Assembly: GCA_018656065.1 (NCBI GenBank)
Contig: JABHZY010000010.1
Span: 4,638-68,637, forward strand
Direction of reading: 5' to 3'
From: Candidatus Komeilibacteria bacterium
GTDB lineage: Bacteria > Patescibacteriota > Patescibacteriia > UBA1558 > GWA2-36-10
Length of the DNA: 64,000 nucleotides
The notes beneath the pieces were generated by a model, which saw nothing but the letters and a program-made list of their open reading frames with translations, had not been told where the DNA came from and did not search any database. The position numbers were made by a program, and so were the translations under genes. Positions 19,518 to 29,656 of the stretch are shown here, one piece after another (positions within the stretch are counted from its first letter, which is position 1; every line of letters starts with the position of its first letter).

Positions 19518-21203
19518 CTATGACTCCTCTCCTACACAGTCTGTTCCTGGACAATTAAGTCCTTCGGCAGGATCATTATTAGTACAAACACAAGAAGCAT
19601 CTCCTGCAGCACAAGCACAAGGAAACCAACAATTTTGTCTGGAATCTTTAATGCCAGATCTTATTGTAGGAGTATAATAACTAGAAGGATCAAGCTTATC
19701 ATGCCTAATACTAATAGTATCTCCACCTAACAAACGCATCCAATAATTAACTGGCACAACTCCATCTAAATCGATATTACTAGAATTGACTGAACTACTT
19801 AATAATTCTTTATCGAAAGTAACTTCTATTGGATCTGTTAGTGAAATATCATTTGGATCTTGCATACTAGAAATAGTTGGTGGAGTAAGATCAATTTCAT
19901 CGGTAGTAGCAAAAGTCCAAGTGTAATCTCCTCCTGCAGTGTCATCATCATCGCCGTCTAATATATTGTCAGCCATATCAGCTATCATATCTCCAGCTAC
20001 AATTGTGCCCGTTCCATCTACTATAGCAACAAAATCATCGGGACTAGTAATATTACTAGCTGGCAAACAAAATACATCTCCACCACAAGAATTCACACCA
20101 CATAAATTATCGGTAATTAATTCTACAGTCCTATATTGATTAGATATTTTATATTCTCCCTGGACTATATATGGCCCAGGAACGATTGGCAGAACACTGG
20201 TATCATCATCGTTATTTGTAACTCTAATATTTAAAAACCCAGTACTTGTATCACCCGTAGCTAAAGCTGGATTTATTGATTCTGAAAAATTAATTTTCAC
20301 GACACTATTTCTAGGATTATCTGTAGAACCTGTTACAGGTCTAACTGATACTACCTTAGGTGGTGTAAAATCAAAATCTGTACCTGTAGTAAAAACCCAA
20401 TGGTAAGAATTAGAATGTGGAAAAGCCACTGAACCATTTTGAGTTTCCAAATCTCCTAGCTCCATACGATAACGAACATCAGATGTACCACTGCCTAAAT
20501 CAGGTGGATTTAATTGAAAAGTTCTAAAACCAGTATTAGGATCTGTACTATAGCTAACTAATAAATTAGCACCTGTAATAGGTAAAGCATTGCCCTGCTC
20601 CCATAGATCTACCATGCCAGTACGAGCCGTACAATCAACCCCTCCACAAGCTCCTGAATTAGTAACAATCATATCCACATCCATTGGCTCCTTGAAAGTC
20701 AAATAAATATTAGTATTTCTAGGTATATCAGTAGCATAACGAATCGGATAATGACTATCTAAAGCACCTGCCCCCAAGCCTACTCCCGCACTAAAACCAC
20801 CGCCTGAGCTGCCACCGCCAGTTCCAAAAGCACCATCATAACCTTCACGTAATATAAATCTAGCTATAGCGTATGATGAAAGCACAATCGCCAAACCAAT
20901 AACGCCGTTTATTAAGATTTTCTTGGCTTTATCTATTTTTTCAGCATTACCTTGAGAGGTCATCCAAATAAATCCACCATATAGCATGGTTAGCGTAGCC
21001 AGAATCCCCAAAAAGCCGAGAAATATATTAACTATACCGCCGATTATATCTTTAAGATCTCTAGTGCCGAGATTGACTCCCGCTTCAGCCAAATCATTAG
21101 TACCAAAGACATCTGCTGCTTGAGCTAAAACCATCTCAGGCAACAAAAAAACAACTGTCAAAAATATAATAAACATAACAGTTATCTTCTTATTAATTAG
21201 CAT
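19518..21203 (-). CDS. 561-aa surface protein; its N-terminal pilin-like anchor is paralogous to that of the giant adhesin
   Basis: N-terminus IFLGFLGILATLTMLYGGFIWMTSQGNAEKIDKAK...SSYAIARFIL aligns at roughly two-thirds identity with the giant protein's N-terminus. Ig-like (SbsA-type) domains follow, then a Cys-rich C-terminus. Confidence 0.85.
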   Translation of the reverse strand: MLINKKITVMFIIFLTVVFLLPEMVLAQAADVFGTNDLAEAGVNLGTRDLKDIIGGIVNIFLGFLGILATLTMLYGGFIWMTSQGNAEKIDKAKKILINGVIGLAIVLSSYAIARFILREGYDGAFGTGGGSSGGGFSAGVGLGAGALDSHYPIRYATDIPRNTNIYLTFKEPMDVDMIVTNSGACGGVDCTARTGMVDLWEQGNALPITGANLLVSYSTDPNTGFRTFQLNPPDLGSGTSDVRYRMELGDLETQNGSVAFPHSNSYHWVFTTGTDFDFTPPKVVSVRPVTGSTDNPRNSVVKINFSESINPALATGDTSTGFLNIRVTNNDDDTSVLPIVPGPYIVQGEYKISNQYRTVELITDNLCGVNSCGGDVFCLPASNITSPDDFVAIVDGTGTIVAGDMIADMADNILDGDDDDTAGGDYTWTFATTDEIDLTPPTISSMQDPNDISLTDPIEVTFDKELLSSSVNSSNIDLDGVVPVNYWMRLLGGDTISIRHDKLDPSSYYTPTIRSGIKDSRQNCWFPCACAAGDASCVCTNNDPAEGLNCPGTDCVGEES

Positions 21204-21221
21204 GGGATTTTTATTTAATTA

Positions 21222-21659
21222 TTATAAATTCATTTTTTGTTTAACTTTCTCCTGGACCATCTTACCATCTGCTTGACCCTTACTTCGGGCCATTACTTCT
21301 TTCATTATCAAACCAAAATTATCATACCCTTCGGATATGACATCGTCTACTATTTTATCTAGCTCTTCTTCACCAAGCATCGCTGGCATATATTCTTCTA
21401 ATATTTTGGCTTCTGCTTCTTCTATAGCCAATAAATCGTCTCGGCCAGCTGTCCTAAAAGATTCCATAGAATCCTTTCTTTTTTTAAGCTCCTGCTTGAC
21501 AATAGACAAAGCGTCTTCATCTTCTAAAACGTCTATTTTTTTGTCTATTGCCAAATTTTTTAGAGCACTCTTAAGCATCCTCAAAGTGGATACTTCTACC
21601 TCTTGCTTGGCTTTTAAAGCCACTATTAATTTTTTTTCTATATCTTGTTGTAAAGACAT
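21222..21659 (-). CDS. GatB/YqeY domain protein
   Basis: 145 aa; the pattern MSLQQDIEKKLIVALKAK...LRMLKSALKN...EEYMP is typical of YqeY. Confidence 0.75.
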   Translation of the reverse strand: MSLQQDIEKKLIVALKAKQEVEVSTLRMLKSALKNLAIDKKIDVLEDEDALSIVKQELKKRKDSMESFRTAGRDDLLAIEEAEAKILEEYMPAMLGEEELDKIVDDVISEGYDNFGLIMKEVMARSKGQADGKMVQEKVKQKMNL

Positions 21660-21683
21660 TTACAAATATTTTGAAAATAAAAA

Positions 21684-21929
21684 TTATCGCCTTTTTCCAC
21701 GTCTTAACTCAAAATCATCTAATTTACCAATCTTTTTCAGATAATCAAAACGCGCTGTAATATTTTTACGACGTAAAGCTCCATCTCTAGCTTCTTTTTT
21801 ACTCTTTGTCTTGCTAAAAAATCTAATTTTTTTAGCCTGTAAAATCTTACCGCTTTGAATTGTTTTTCTAGTAAATCTACGAATTAAGCTTTCAAACGAT
21901 TCTCCATCTTTACGCTTAACCTCTAACAT
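21684..21929 (-). CDS. rpsU: 30S ribosomal protein S21
   Basis: VKRKDGESFESLIRRFTRK..., basic C-terminus. One of the few core genes here with a clear SD (GGAGGTG). Confidence 0.85.
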   Translation of the reverse strand: MLEVKRKDGESFESLIRRFTRKTIQSGKILQAKKIRFFSKTKSKKEARDGALRRKNITARFDYLKKIGKLDDFELRRGKRR

Positions 21930-22065
21930 GTGAACACCTCCATTTCTTGTTTATTAAAACTTGTTATTAGTGTCAAAAGAATAACGGCCCAAAGCAATTA
22001 TTCTTACTATTATAATGACAGATTCTTATACAAAAGTCAATAAAAAAATAAGCCCCATCTGGGGA

Positions 22066-23385
22066 TTATTTTTTGAGTTTTAAATTTTTAGTAATATTCT
22101 TATCTAGACGTTTCCGTATCTCCGATTTTATCTTTTTATAATCTACAATCTCTTGAACTCCACTCTCCATATCCCTTATTAGTATCGTCTCATCAGCTAT
22201 TTCTTTTTGCCCCATAATCAGAGTAAAAACTGCTCCTTTTTTATTAGCCATTTCCAACTGATCTCGAAGTCCTTTTTTAGACATGTTTTCTGTGACAGAA
22301 AATCCTGCCAACCTTAATTCTTCAAAAAGATGCATAGCTTTTTTTCTAGCTTCTATTCCTAATTGAGCAATATAAATATCAAATTTCTTACCTTTGTCTA
22401 ATTCAACCTTAGCTTCTTGCATCTTCATTATTACTCTTTCCACTCCAATGGCGAATCCAATAGCTGGCGTTTCTCTACCGCCTAGCATATCTACTAAATT
22501 ATCATAACGACCACCGCCACCTAAAGCGTTAAGCTTGCCATCCTTACTTGAACATTCAAAAATTTCCCAAGCCGTACGAGTATAATAGTCTAAGCCTCTA
22601 ACTATTTTTGGATTAAGACTATATTTAATATCTAACTCATCTAAATATTCTAAAACCGCCATAAAATGCTCTTTACTGTCTTCTGATAGATGGTCTACCA
22701 TCTGTGGAGTCTCTTCAGATAATTCTTGGCATTTTTTATTCTTACAATCTAATAAGCGTAAAGTATTTTTATTTAATCGCAAACTACAATCTTTACAAAG
22801 AGACTTTTTCTTATCTTGATAATATTTTTTAAGCACTTTAATATATTCTGTTCTAGAAATACTATCACCTACGCTATTTACTTGTATTTCAATATCTAAA
22901 CCCAAATCTTTAAGGATAAAATAAGATATAGCTATCATTTGAGCATCAATCACTGGATCGTCGTCTCCAATGGCTTCAAAGCCAAATTGCCAAAACTGAC
23001 GATAACGACCAGCCTGAGGATTGTCATGACGAAATTGCGGACCAATATAGAAAAGTTTAACCGGCTGCGGCAAATTAAGCATGCCATGCTCTATATATGA
23101 CCTAACTACAGAGGCTGTATTTTCGGGACGAAGTGATAGTTTATCACCACCCTGACTAACAAAAGAATACATTTCTTTACTGACTACATCAGTGTCTTCA
23201 CCTACTGTTCGTTTAAACAAGTTAGTAAATTCTACTATCGGAGTATCAATACGAGAAAAACCATAATTTCTAGCGAAATTTTCTACTTTCTCTCTAATAA
23301 TATTCCAATACAATTGCTCATCAGGCAATATGTCTTTCATGCCTTTAACTAGTTGTACTTTTACTTTTTTCTTTTTAGCTACCAT
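22066..23385 (-). CDS. hisS: histidine--tRNA ligase
   Basis: Class II aaRS motifs, LRPENTASVVR, GGGGRYD, C-terminal anticodon-binding domain. Confidence 0.93.
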   Translation of the reverse strand: MVAKKKKVKVQLVKGMKDILPDEQLYWNIIREKVENFARNYGFSRIDTPIVEFTNLFKRTVGEDTDVVSKEMYSFVSQGGDKLSLRPENTASVVRSYIEHGMLNLPQPVKLFYIGPQFRHDNPQAGRYRQFWQFGFEAIGDDDPVIDAQMIAISYFILKDLGLDIEIQVNSVGDSISRTEYIKVLKKYYQDKKKSLCKDCSLRLNKNTLRLLDCKNKKCQELSEETPQMVDHLSEDSKEHFMAVLEYLDELDIKYSLNPKIVRGLDYYTRTAWEIFECSSKDGKLNALGGGGRYDNLVDMLGGRETPAIGFAIGVERVIMKMQEAKVELDKGKKFDIYIAQLGIEARKKAMHLFEELRLAGFSVTENMSKKGLRDQLEMANKKGAVFTLIMGQKEIADETILIRDMESGVQEIVDYKKIKSEIRKRLDKNITKNLKLKK

Positions 23386-23398
23386 ATATCTAAATTAT

Positions 23399-24049
23399 TT
23401 ACTGACTAATATTTTCATAAATGGGCACATTAAAAGTATTGACTCTATTTATAGGCCAACCCCTAACCCATACCCTACCTATAACATATTCCTGATGCAC
23501 AGGACCAATTTGACGAGAATCTAAACTATTAGATCTATTATCTCCCATCATAAAATATTCATTCTCATTTAAAATAATAGCCTCATGTTTATCAGAGGAA
23601 AAATTCTCTACATAAGATTCTTCTAAAATCTCTCCATTAATATAAACCCTGCCATCATCTACAGAAACCTCTTCTCCTGGCAATCCTATTATCCTTTTTA
23701 TAAAATAGGATCTAGTATCTTTTGGGTTTTTAAAAATTATTACCTCACCTCTTTGTTTTTCATTAAATCTATATGATATCTCATCTATAATTAAATATTC
23801 ATTTTGATAAAAATTTGGTTCCATTGATGCTCCTTCCACATAAAAAGGTTGCACTAAAAATAATCTAATTGGCAAAATAATAGCTAAAGAAATTAAAACT
23901 ACTTTTACTATTTCAAAAACTAATATACCAAATTTCTTCATCCAAGATAAAATTAAAGAATCTTCATCATCTTCTGAGAAATTACTCATGTCCATATCAG
24001 CATTTTCAGGCACTGAATTATCTTGTTCTAGGTTTTTATTTTCTTCCAT
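23399..24049 (-). CDS. lepB: signal peptidase I
   Basis: GASMEP Ser box, KRIIGLPGE, GDNRSNSLDSR. Confidence 0.9.
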   Translation of the reverse strand: MEENKNLEQDNSVPENADMDMSNFSEDDEDSLILSWMKKFGILVFEIVKVVLISLAIILPIRLFLVQPFYVEGASMEPNFYQNEYLIIDEISYRFNEKQRGEVIIFKNPKDTRSYFIKRIIGLPGEEVSVDDGRVYINGEILEESYVENFSSDKHEAIILNENEYFMMGDNRSNSLDSRQIGPVHQEYVIGRVWVRGWPINRVNTFNVPIYENISQ

Positions 24050-24141
24050 AAAAGATATAAAATTATATAATTGATACGATTATTATACATAATACAAAAA
24101 TTAAAATCAACCACATAAAAGCCTATAAATTATGGGCTAAA

Positions 24142-25791
24142 ATGGACTTTAGAGAGTTGACTGATGCTTATTTTATTAGTATAATTGATATACTTCAGGA
24201 ATGTAATAAAATGGATTTTAAGAAAAGAAAAATAAACCTTCTAGAAGAAGATTTACATAATAATTTTGATAACCAGCCACAGCCAAGCAAGCCAAAGCTA
24301 AATTTCAAAAGAAAACACAAAGCAGACTCAAATGAGCCGACCAGAGAGCATTCTGGTAAACGTCGAGGAAAGAAAAAGCTTCCCTTGTTTTTTATAATAT
24401 TAATCATCGCCTTTTTAGGCATGGCCAACTTACTAGCCGCTGACAATGACGGTTTTTTATCTGGTGTAAAAAATTCTTATTTAGTCAGACAGATTACTCA
24501 TATTATATCTAGTAAAGAACAATATCTTGCTGGCGAACAAGAAGATAGAATTAATTTTGTATTACTGGGTATGGGTGGCGCTGGACATAATGGACCATAT
24601 TTAACAGATACAATCATGATAGCTAGCTTCAAACCATCAAGTAAGGAGGCTACTATATTCTCTTTACCTCGAGATATGATTGTGCCAATTGATAGTAATA
24701 ATTATAGAAAAATAAATTCTGTATATACCATTGGCCAAAATAATGGTGTTGGCGGTGGTGAATTAATGAAAAAAATACTAACTAACACTTTTAACATACC
24801 TGTCCATTATTTTGCTGCTGTGGATTTTAATGGTTTTATAGAAATGATAGATGCCATAGATGGTGTAGAAATAAATGTAGATACAGGATTTGTAGACAAT
24901 CAATTTCCAACTTATGATGAAAAATGGCAGAGCGTTTCTTTTGACGCTGGTAAACAAACCATGGACGGCTTAACAGCACTTCGCTATTCTCGCTCTCGTC
25001 ATGGTAATAATGGTGAAGGATCTGATTTTGCCCGCATTAAAAGACAACAAAAAGTAATATTGGCTGCTAAAGAAAAACTTACTTCTTTCAATACTCTAAT
25101 AAACCCTTCTAAAATTACTAGCCTATTTTCATTATTTACCAAATATACTTCTACTGACCTTGAACCATGGGAGGCAGTTAAACTAGTACACATGGGCAAA
25201 GAATTAAATACCCAAAATATAGTCACCCAATCAATTGATGATCGACCTGGCGGATATCTCAAAGCTGGTATCGCTGAAGATGGCGCTTATATATTACAAC
25301 CTGTCACTGGTAACTATAGTCAAATAAATTTATTAATAAAAAATACATTTGATCTTCAACAGGCTAGCCAAGAAAAAGCTAAAATAGTAATCCAAAATGG
25401 CACTATAGTACCTGGCCTAGCTCTGGAGGCGGTTAATTATTTAGATCAAATAGGGTATAATATAATAAGGTATGGTAATGCTACTACTCAGGATAAGATT
25501 AGTACCATAATATATGACTATACTAATAATAATCCCAAAACTAAAGAATCACTAGAAAATGTTTTTTCAATAAAATCAAAAGACAATATTCCATTAGATT
25601 ATGATAGTTCTGTTGTAGCCTCAAACTGGGGAATAAGAGATGATAATGGAGAACTAGCCCAAATAGATTTTTTAATTATTTTGGGCCAAGACCAAATAAT
25701 AGATGAAGGAATAGAAATAATAACTACTATTGATCCTTCCTTACTACTAAGTAGTTCCACAACAACTAGTACAGAGGAAGAAATAGAATAA
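24142..25791 (+). CDS. LytR-CpsA-Psr (LCP) family cell-envelope transferase
   Basis: TM anchor, then LLGMGGAGHNGPYLTDTIMIASF and RYSRSRHG...DFARIKRQQ. The start is uncertain; an alternative ATG is at 24211. Confidence 0.8.
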   Translation: MDFRELTDAYFISIIDILQECNKMDFKKRKINLLEEDLHNNFDNQPQPSKPKLNFKRKHKADSNEPTREHSGKRRGKKKLPLFFIILIIAFLGMANLLAADNDGFLSGVKNSYLVRQITHIISSKEQYLAGEQEDRINFVLLGMGGAGHNGPYLTDTIMIASFKPSSKEATIFSLPRDMIVPIDSNNYRKINSVYTIGQNNGVGGGELMKKILTNTFNIPVHYFAAVDFNGFIEMIDAIDGVEINVDTGFVDNQFPTYDEKWQSVSFDAGKQTMDGLTALRYSRSRHGNNGEGSDFARIKRQQKVILAAKEKLTSFNTLINPSKITSLFSLFTKYTSTDLEPWEAVKLVHMGKELNTQNIVTQSIDDRPGGYLKAGIAEDGAYILQPVTGNYSQINLLIKNTFDLQQASQEKAKIVIQNGTIVPGLALEAVNYLDQIGYNIIRYGNATTQDKISTIIYDYTNNNPKTKESLENVFSIKSKDNIPLDYDSSVVASNWGIRDDNGELAQIDFLIILGQDQIIDEGIEIITTIDPSLLLSSSTTTSTEEEIE

Positions 25792-25795
25792 TAAT

Positions 25796-27154
25796 ATGGC
25801 AAGTTTATACAAAATAGCTATAGTCGGAAGAGTAAATGTAGGTAAATCTACATTATTTAATCGTTTGATCTCAGATCAGAAGGCTATCACTTCTCACGTA
25901 GCTGGCACAACTAGAGATAGAAATTATGCTGTCTGCTCATGGAAAGACATGGACTTTTCGTTAATTGATACTGGTGGCTTAGAAAGACAATCTGACGATG
26001 ATATAGATGAACAAATTATAAAACAAGCTCAAATAGCTATTAAAGAGGCTGATCTTTTACTTTTCGTAGTAGATACTAAAACTGGTATTATGCCAGCTGA
26101 CCTTGAATTAGCTAAAGAGTTTAGAAAAAATAAAAAACCTATTATTCTGGTAGCCAATAAGACTGATAATAATAAACTTCGCCAACACACAGCTGACTTT
26201 TATAAACTTAATTTTGATAAACCATGGCCTATTTCAGCTATCAATGGTGTTGGAACTGGTGATTTATTAGATGAAGTGGTGGTTCGACTTAAGAAATTAA
26301 AAAAGAAAAAAAGACTTAAAGAAGCTCCAGTTGATGAAAAAATTGTCAGGGTAGCTATAGTAGGCAAGCCAAATGTAGGCAAGTCCTCTATTATCAATGC
26401 TATCTTGGGCGAACAAAGAGTCATAGTATCTGCCACAGCCCACACTACTAGAGATTCTCAAGATATAGAATTTATTTTTGAAGGTCAAAAAATACTTTTT
26501 GTAGATACGGCTGGTATGAGACGTCGCAGTAAAAAATCAGCCGATGCTTTTGAAAAACAGTCCGTTGATCAAAGCGTAGAAAGTATAAAAAAAGCTGATA
26601 TAGCTATTCTAGTAACAGATGTAAATAAAAAACTCAGTTGGCAAGATAAACATTTATTAGATGAAGCCGATGAAGCTGGCGTAGGTCTTATTATTTTAGC
26701 TAATAAGTGGGATATGATTCCTGATAAAACTACTGACACCGTCAAAGAATTTGAGATGTATTATAAAAGATTCTTTCCATTTATCAAATGGGCTCCATTA
26801 ATATTCTCTTCCGCTACTAAAAAAATACGTATCAAAAAAATATTAGATAGCGTTGTGTCTATTTATGCCGAAAAAAATAAAGTTATTAGTGAAAATGCTC
26901 TAGATAAACTATTAAAATCTATAGTTAAAAAACATAAACCATCTAGAGGTAAAGGCACCAAACACCCTTATATCTATAGCCTCAAACAACTTCGCACTAA
27001 TCCTCCAATTTTTACCATTAAAATTGACTTTAAGGCTGATTTACATGATTCCTATCTTCGATTTATAGAAAATAATTTACGTTATAAGTTTGGTTTTGAA
27101 GGCACTCCTATTCATATCCGAGTACTCAAAAGCCAAAATACTAAAGATAGATAA
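25796..27154 (+). CDS. der: ribosome-associated GTPase Der (EngA)
   Basis: Two GTPase domains (GRVNVGKST, GKPNVGKSS; DTGG/DTAG; NKTD/NKWD) plus a KH-like C-terminus. Confidence 0.93.
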   Translation: MASLYKIAIVGRVNVGKSTLFNRLISDQKAITSHVAGTTRDRNYAVCSWKDMDFSLIDTGGLERQSDDDIDEQIIKQAQIAIKEADLLLFVVDTKTGIMPADLELAKEFRKNKKPIILVANKTDNNKLRQHTADFYKLNFDKPWPISAINGVGTGDLLDEVVVRLKKLKKKKRLKEAPVDEKIVRVAIVGKPNVGKSSIINAILGEQRVIVSATAHTTRDSQDIEFIFEGQKILFVDTAGMRRRSKKSADAFEKQSVDQSVESIKKADIAILVTDVNKKLSWQDKHLLDEADEAGVGLIILANKWDMIPDKTTDTVKEFEMYYKRFFPFIKWAPLIFSSATKKIRIKKILDSVVSIYAEKNKVISENALDKLLKSIVKKHKPSRGKGTKHPYIYSLKQLRTNPPIFTIKIDFKADLHDSYLRFIENNLRYKFGFEGTPIHIRVLKSQNTKDR

Positions 27155-27167
27155 AACAAAAACAAAT

Positions 27168-27722
27168 ATGAAATTAATAATAGGTCTTGGGAATCCAGAT
27201 AAAGAGTACGAGGCAACACGACATAATTTTGGTTGGTTAGCTTTAGATTCTTTGGCTGCTAAAAAAGAAATTAGCTGGACCAAACATAAACAAAGTAATA
27301 GCCTGATTGCTAGTTGGCAAGGAAAAAAAGAAAAAATTATTTTTGCCAAACCTTTGACTTATATGAACAACTCTGGCAAAGCAGTTAAAGCTCTAAAACA
27401 ATATTATAAAACTCCTGTTAATAGAATCATTGTGATCTATGATGATATAGATTTACCTTATGGAAAAATAAGAATATCCAAAAATCGTAGCGCTGGTGGG
27501 CACAAGGGAATAGATTCAATGATAGCTCATCTTAAATCAAAAGACTTTAAAAGAATACGTTTAGGTATTGGCCCACAAAAAGGTAAAGCTGAAGATTATG
27601 TCTTGAAAAAATTCTCCAGTACCGAAAAGAAGAAACTAAATGAAATATTAGATACTAGTCATCTGATACTAGAAGATATATTATCTAAAAGCTTTGATCA
27701 AGCAGCTAATAAATATAATTAA
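27168..27722 (+). CDS. pth: peptidyl-tRNA hydrolase
   Basis: MKLIIGLGNPDKEYEATRHNFGW. The start was trimmed from the track ORF (27090) to the ATG at 27168, after the der stop. Confidence 0.9.
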   Translation: MKLIIGLGNPDKEYEATRHNFGWLALDSLAAKKEISWTKHKQSNSLIASWQGKKEKIIFAKPLTYMNNSGKAVKALKQYYKTPVNRIIVIYDDIDLPYGKIRISKNRSAGGHKGIDSMIAHLKSKDFKRIRLGIGPQKGKAEDYVLKKFSSTEKKKLNEILDTSHLILEDILSKSFDQAANKYN

Positions 27723-27727
27723 AAATC

Positions 27728-27765
27728 AAAAAAACCCCCGTCCAATTGACGGGGGTTATATTTTT
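27728..27765. terminator. bidirectional intrinsic terminator between convergent pth and pepA
   Basis: CCCCCGTC-caatt-GACGGGGG (27735-27755), flanked by an A-run and a T-run. Confidence 0.8.
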
Positions 27766-27767
27766 AT

Positions 27768-29258
27768 TTAAATATTTCTAAGCCAATTAAGTATAGTACG
27801 CACCCCAAAACCTGCGCCACCAACTGGTGTATATGAATTTATAGATTTTTCTATATAAGCTGGGCCAGCGATATCAATATGAGCCCACTCTACCCCTTCT
27901 TCAATAAAATAATCAAGGAACCAGGCAGCCATAATAGAACCACCACCCTTAGTATTAGAAATATTTCTAATATCAGCTACCTTAGACTTATTCATCTCTT
28001 TGTATTCCGGAGCTAAAGGTAATTGCCACATAGTTTCTCCTGAACTTTCAGCTTGTTTTAATATATCTTTAGCTAGTTTATTATTATTAGCAAAAAACCC
28101 AGCATATTGTGAACCTAGAGCTACAACTACAGAGCCTGTTAAAGTGGCCAAGTCAACTATTTTATTAATACCTTGCTTTTGAGCATAGGCTAATGAATCT
28201 GCCAACGTTACCCTGCCCTCAGCGTCAGTATGAGCTATTTCAATACTTTTGCCCTGCATATTTTTGACTATATCGCCTGGTTTTACAGCATTGCCGGATG
28301 GCATATTTTCACAGGCAGCTATAATACCATGCACTTCTACCTTTGGATTACTGACTGCTAGAGCCTCAAAAACACCTAGGACAGTAGCTGCACCGGCCAT
28401 ATCAACTTTCATATCATACATACCTTCCCAAGGCTTAATATTAAGACCACCACTATCAAAAGTAATTCCTTTGCCGACTATGGCAATTTTATCTTTGGCC
28501 TTCCCTATAGGTTTGTAGATCAAATGAATAAACTTTGGAGCTTCATGCGAACCTTTGGCAATAGATAGAAAGGCATCCATTTTTAACTTAGCAATCTTGT
28601 CCTCTTCTAATATTTTAACTGTTATATTTTTATTAGTTTTGGCAATTTCTCTGGCAGTATCAGCTAAAAATTGCGGAGTCATGGTGCCAGCTGGCTCATT
28701 TACTAAATCACGAGCTAAAATTGTACCTTCAGCCAAAGATTTACCAAGTTCCCAAGCTTTAGTAAATTTTACTTTTTGACTAGCAAGTAAATAAACATAA
28801 AGCTCTTTGATATCTACTTTAATAGCTTCTTTGTCTGTTTTTTTGTATTTATCAAAATTATAATTAGCCAAATATATTCCCTCAGCCAGTGATTGTGCTA
28901 AAAGACTAATATCACTACTTCCTTTAAGCCAATGTTTAGAAATTAAGCCAATCTTATTAGCTTTATATTTTTTAAGATAAGCTATAATATGCCCTGCTGT
29001 TTTTCTAAAATCTTCAGTAGTTAATTTCTTGGCTTGCCCAGTACCAATAAAAACTAATACTTGTTTATCATCATGAATCACAAATACTTGGCCTTTATTG
29101 CCTTTGAAATTTTCTTTCTTAACGCGAGCCAAAACATCCTTTTCGTCTTCATAATCAAAAGACTTTATTAAATTAGTAATAGCTTTATCATCTTTTAGAG
29201 TAGGCACAAAAAGTACCTCTTCTTCTTGATTTTCTTCTTTTCTAAATATTAATTCCAT
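27768..29258 (-). CDS. pepA: leucyl aminopeptidase (M17)
   Basis: VGKGITFDSGG, HTDAEGRVTLAD (NTDAEGR-type signature). Confidence 0.9.
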   Translation of the reverse strand: MELIFRKEENQEEEVLFVPTLKDDKAITNLIKSFDYEDEKDVLARVKKENFKGNKGQVFVIHDDKQVLVFIGTGQAKKLTTEDFRKTAGHIIAYLKKYKANKIGLISKHWLKGSSDISLLAQSLAEGIYLANYNFDKYKKTDKEAIKVDIKELYVYLLASQKVKFTKAWELGKSLAEGTILARDLVNEPAGTMTPQFLADTAREIAKTNKNITVKILEEDKIAKLKMDAFLSIAKGSHEAPKFIHLIYKPIGKAKDKIAIVGKGITFDSGGLNIKPWEGMYDMKVDMAGAATVLGVFEALAVSNPKVEVHGIIAACENMPSGNAVKPGDIVKNMQGKSIEIAHTDAEGRVTLADSLAYAQKQGINKIVDLATLTGSVVVALGSQYAGFFANNNKLAKDILKQAESSGETMWQLPLAPEYKEMNKSKVADIRNISNTKGGGSIMAAWFLDYFIEEGVEWAHIDIAGPAYIEKSINSYTPVGGAGFGVRTILNWLRNI

Positions 29259-29326
29259 ATACTTTATAAATAATGATTTAATACAGCTAATTTAACATAC
29301 GCCTTAAAATATGGCAAATATAAGCG

Positions 29327-29355
29327 TTGACAAAAGCACCTATAAAACATAAAAT
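29327..29355 (+). promoter_or_regulatory. consensus sigma70-type promoter of GC-rich islet A
   Basis: TTGACA (29327-29332), 17-nt spacer, TAAAAT (29350-29355). Confidence 0.6.
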
Positions 29356-29383
29356 ATATACGGACACTATCAAAGGGGTTGAT

Positions 29384-29656
29384 ATGAAGTCCGTAACAAT
29401 ACCCAAACCTATTGCCGATAAGGTAACCTGTGGCCATTGTATCTCGGCCTTTGCTAATCCTGACACTGCTACACACCTTGAACGCACTCGTCAGTCGCAC
29501 TACTCAGTGCATGAAGGATTGCAATATCCGCAGACAACTAATGAACCTCGCAGGTACCCCATCAGCTCGTCATCGGGTCACTACCTCATGACTGAAGGCC
29601 TGTCTCCACAAGGAGACAGGCCGCCAATTTTTTACAAAACAAAAAACCGCCCGTAA
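29384..29656 (+). other. GC-rich islet A: 90-codon ORF (MKSVTIPKPIADKVTCGHCISAF...) or a roughly 290-nt structured RNA; coding status unresolved
   Basis: Markedly more G+C than the flanks. Own promoter. The GGGG SD-like motif 5 nt before the ATG sits in the loop of a nested 5' hairpin (ACGGAC..TATCAA-AGGGG-TTGATA..GTCCGT). The stop codon lies inside the terminator loop. The protein is low-complexity apart from one CGHC motif. No homolog recognised. Confidence 0.35.

Noticed and set aside
9011-19558. Numerous 60-125-aa ORFs overlapping the giant adhesin gene on either strand (for example 9011..9298, 9820..10191, 9879..10076, 16472..16714, 18434..18706)
   Set aside because: They are shadow ORFs of a single well-supported 10.5-kb reading frame. 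They have no independent signals.
21337-21744. Plus-strand ORF 21337..21744
   Set aside because: It is antisense to the YqeY-like gene and to rpsU, and its translation is Ser-rich and low-complexity.
29264-29500. Minus-strand ORFs 29264..29500 and 29287..29487, and the long 109-aa form of the plus-strand ORF starting at 29327
   Set aside because: The 109-aa form would start inside the -35 box. The minus-strand ORFs have no promoter or SD and run against the only promoter/terminator pair.
29362-29640. Islet A as tmRNA, RNase P RNA, SRP RNA or 6S RNA
   Set aside because: None of the invariant motifs I know is present (GGGG..UCCACCA ends and tag ORF; GAGGAAAGUCC/ACAGAA; GGAA-tetraloop AGCAGCC domain IV). 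6S cannot be excluded from sequence alone.
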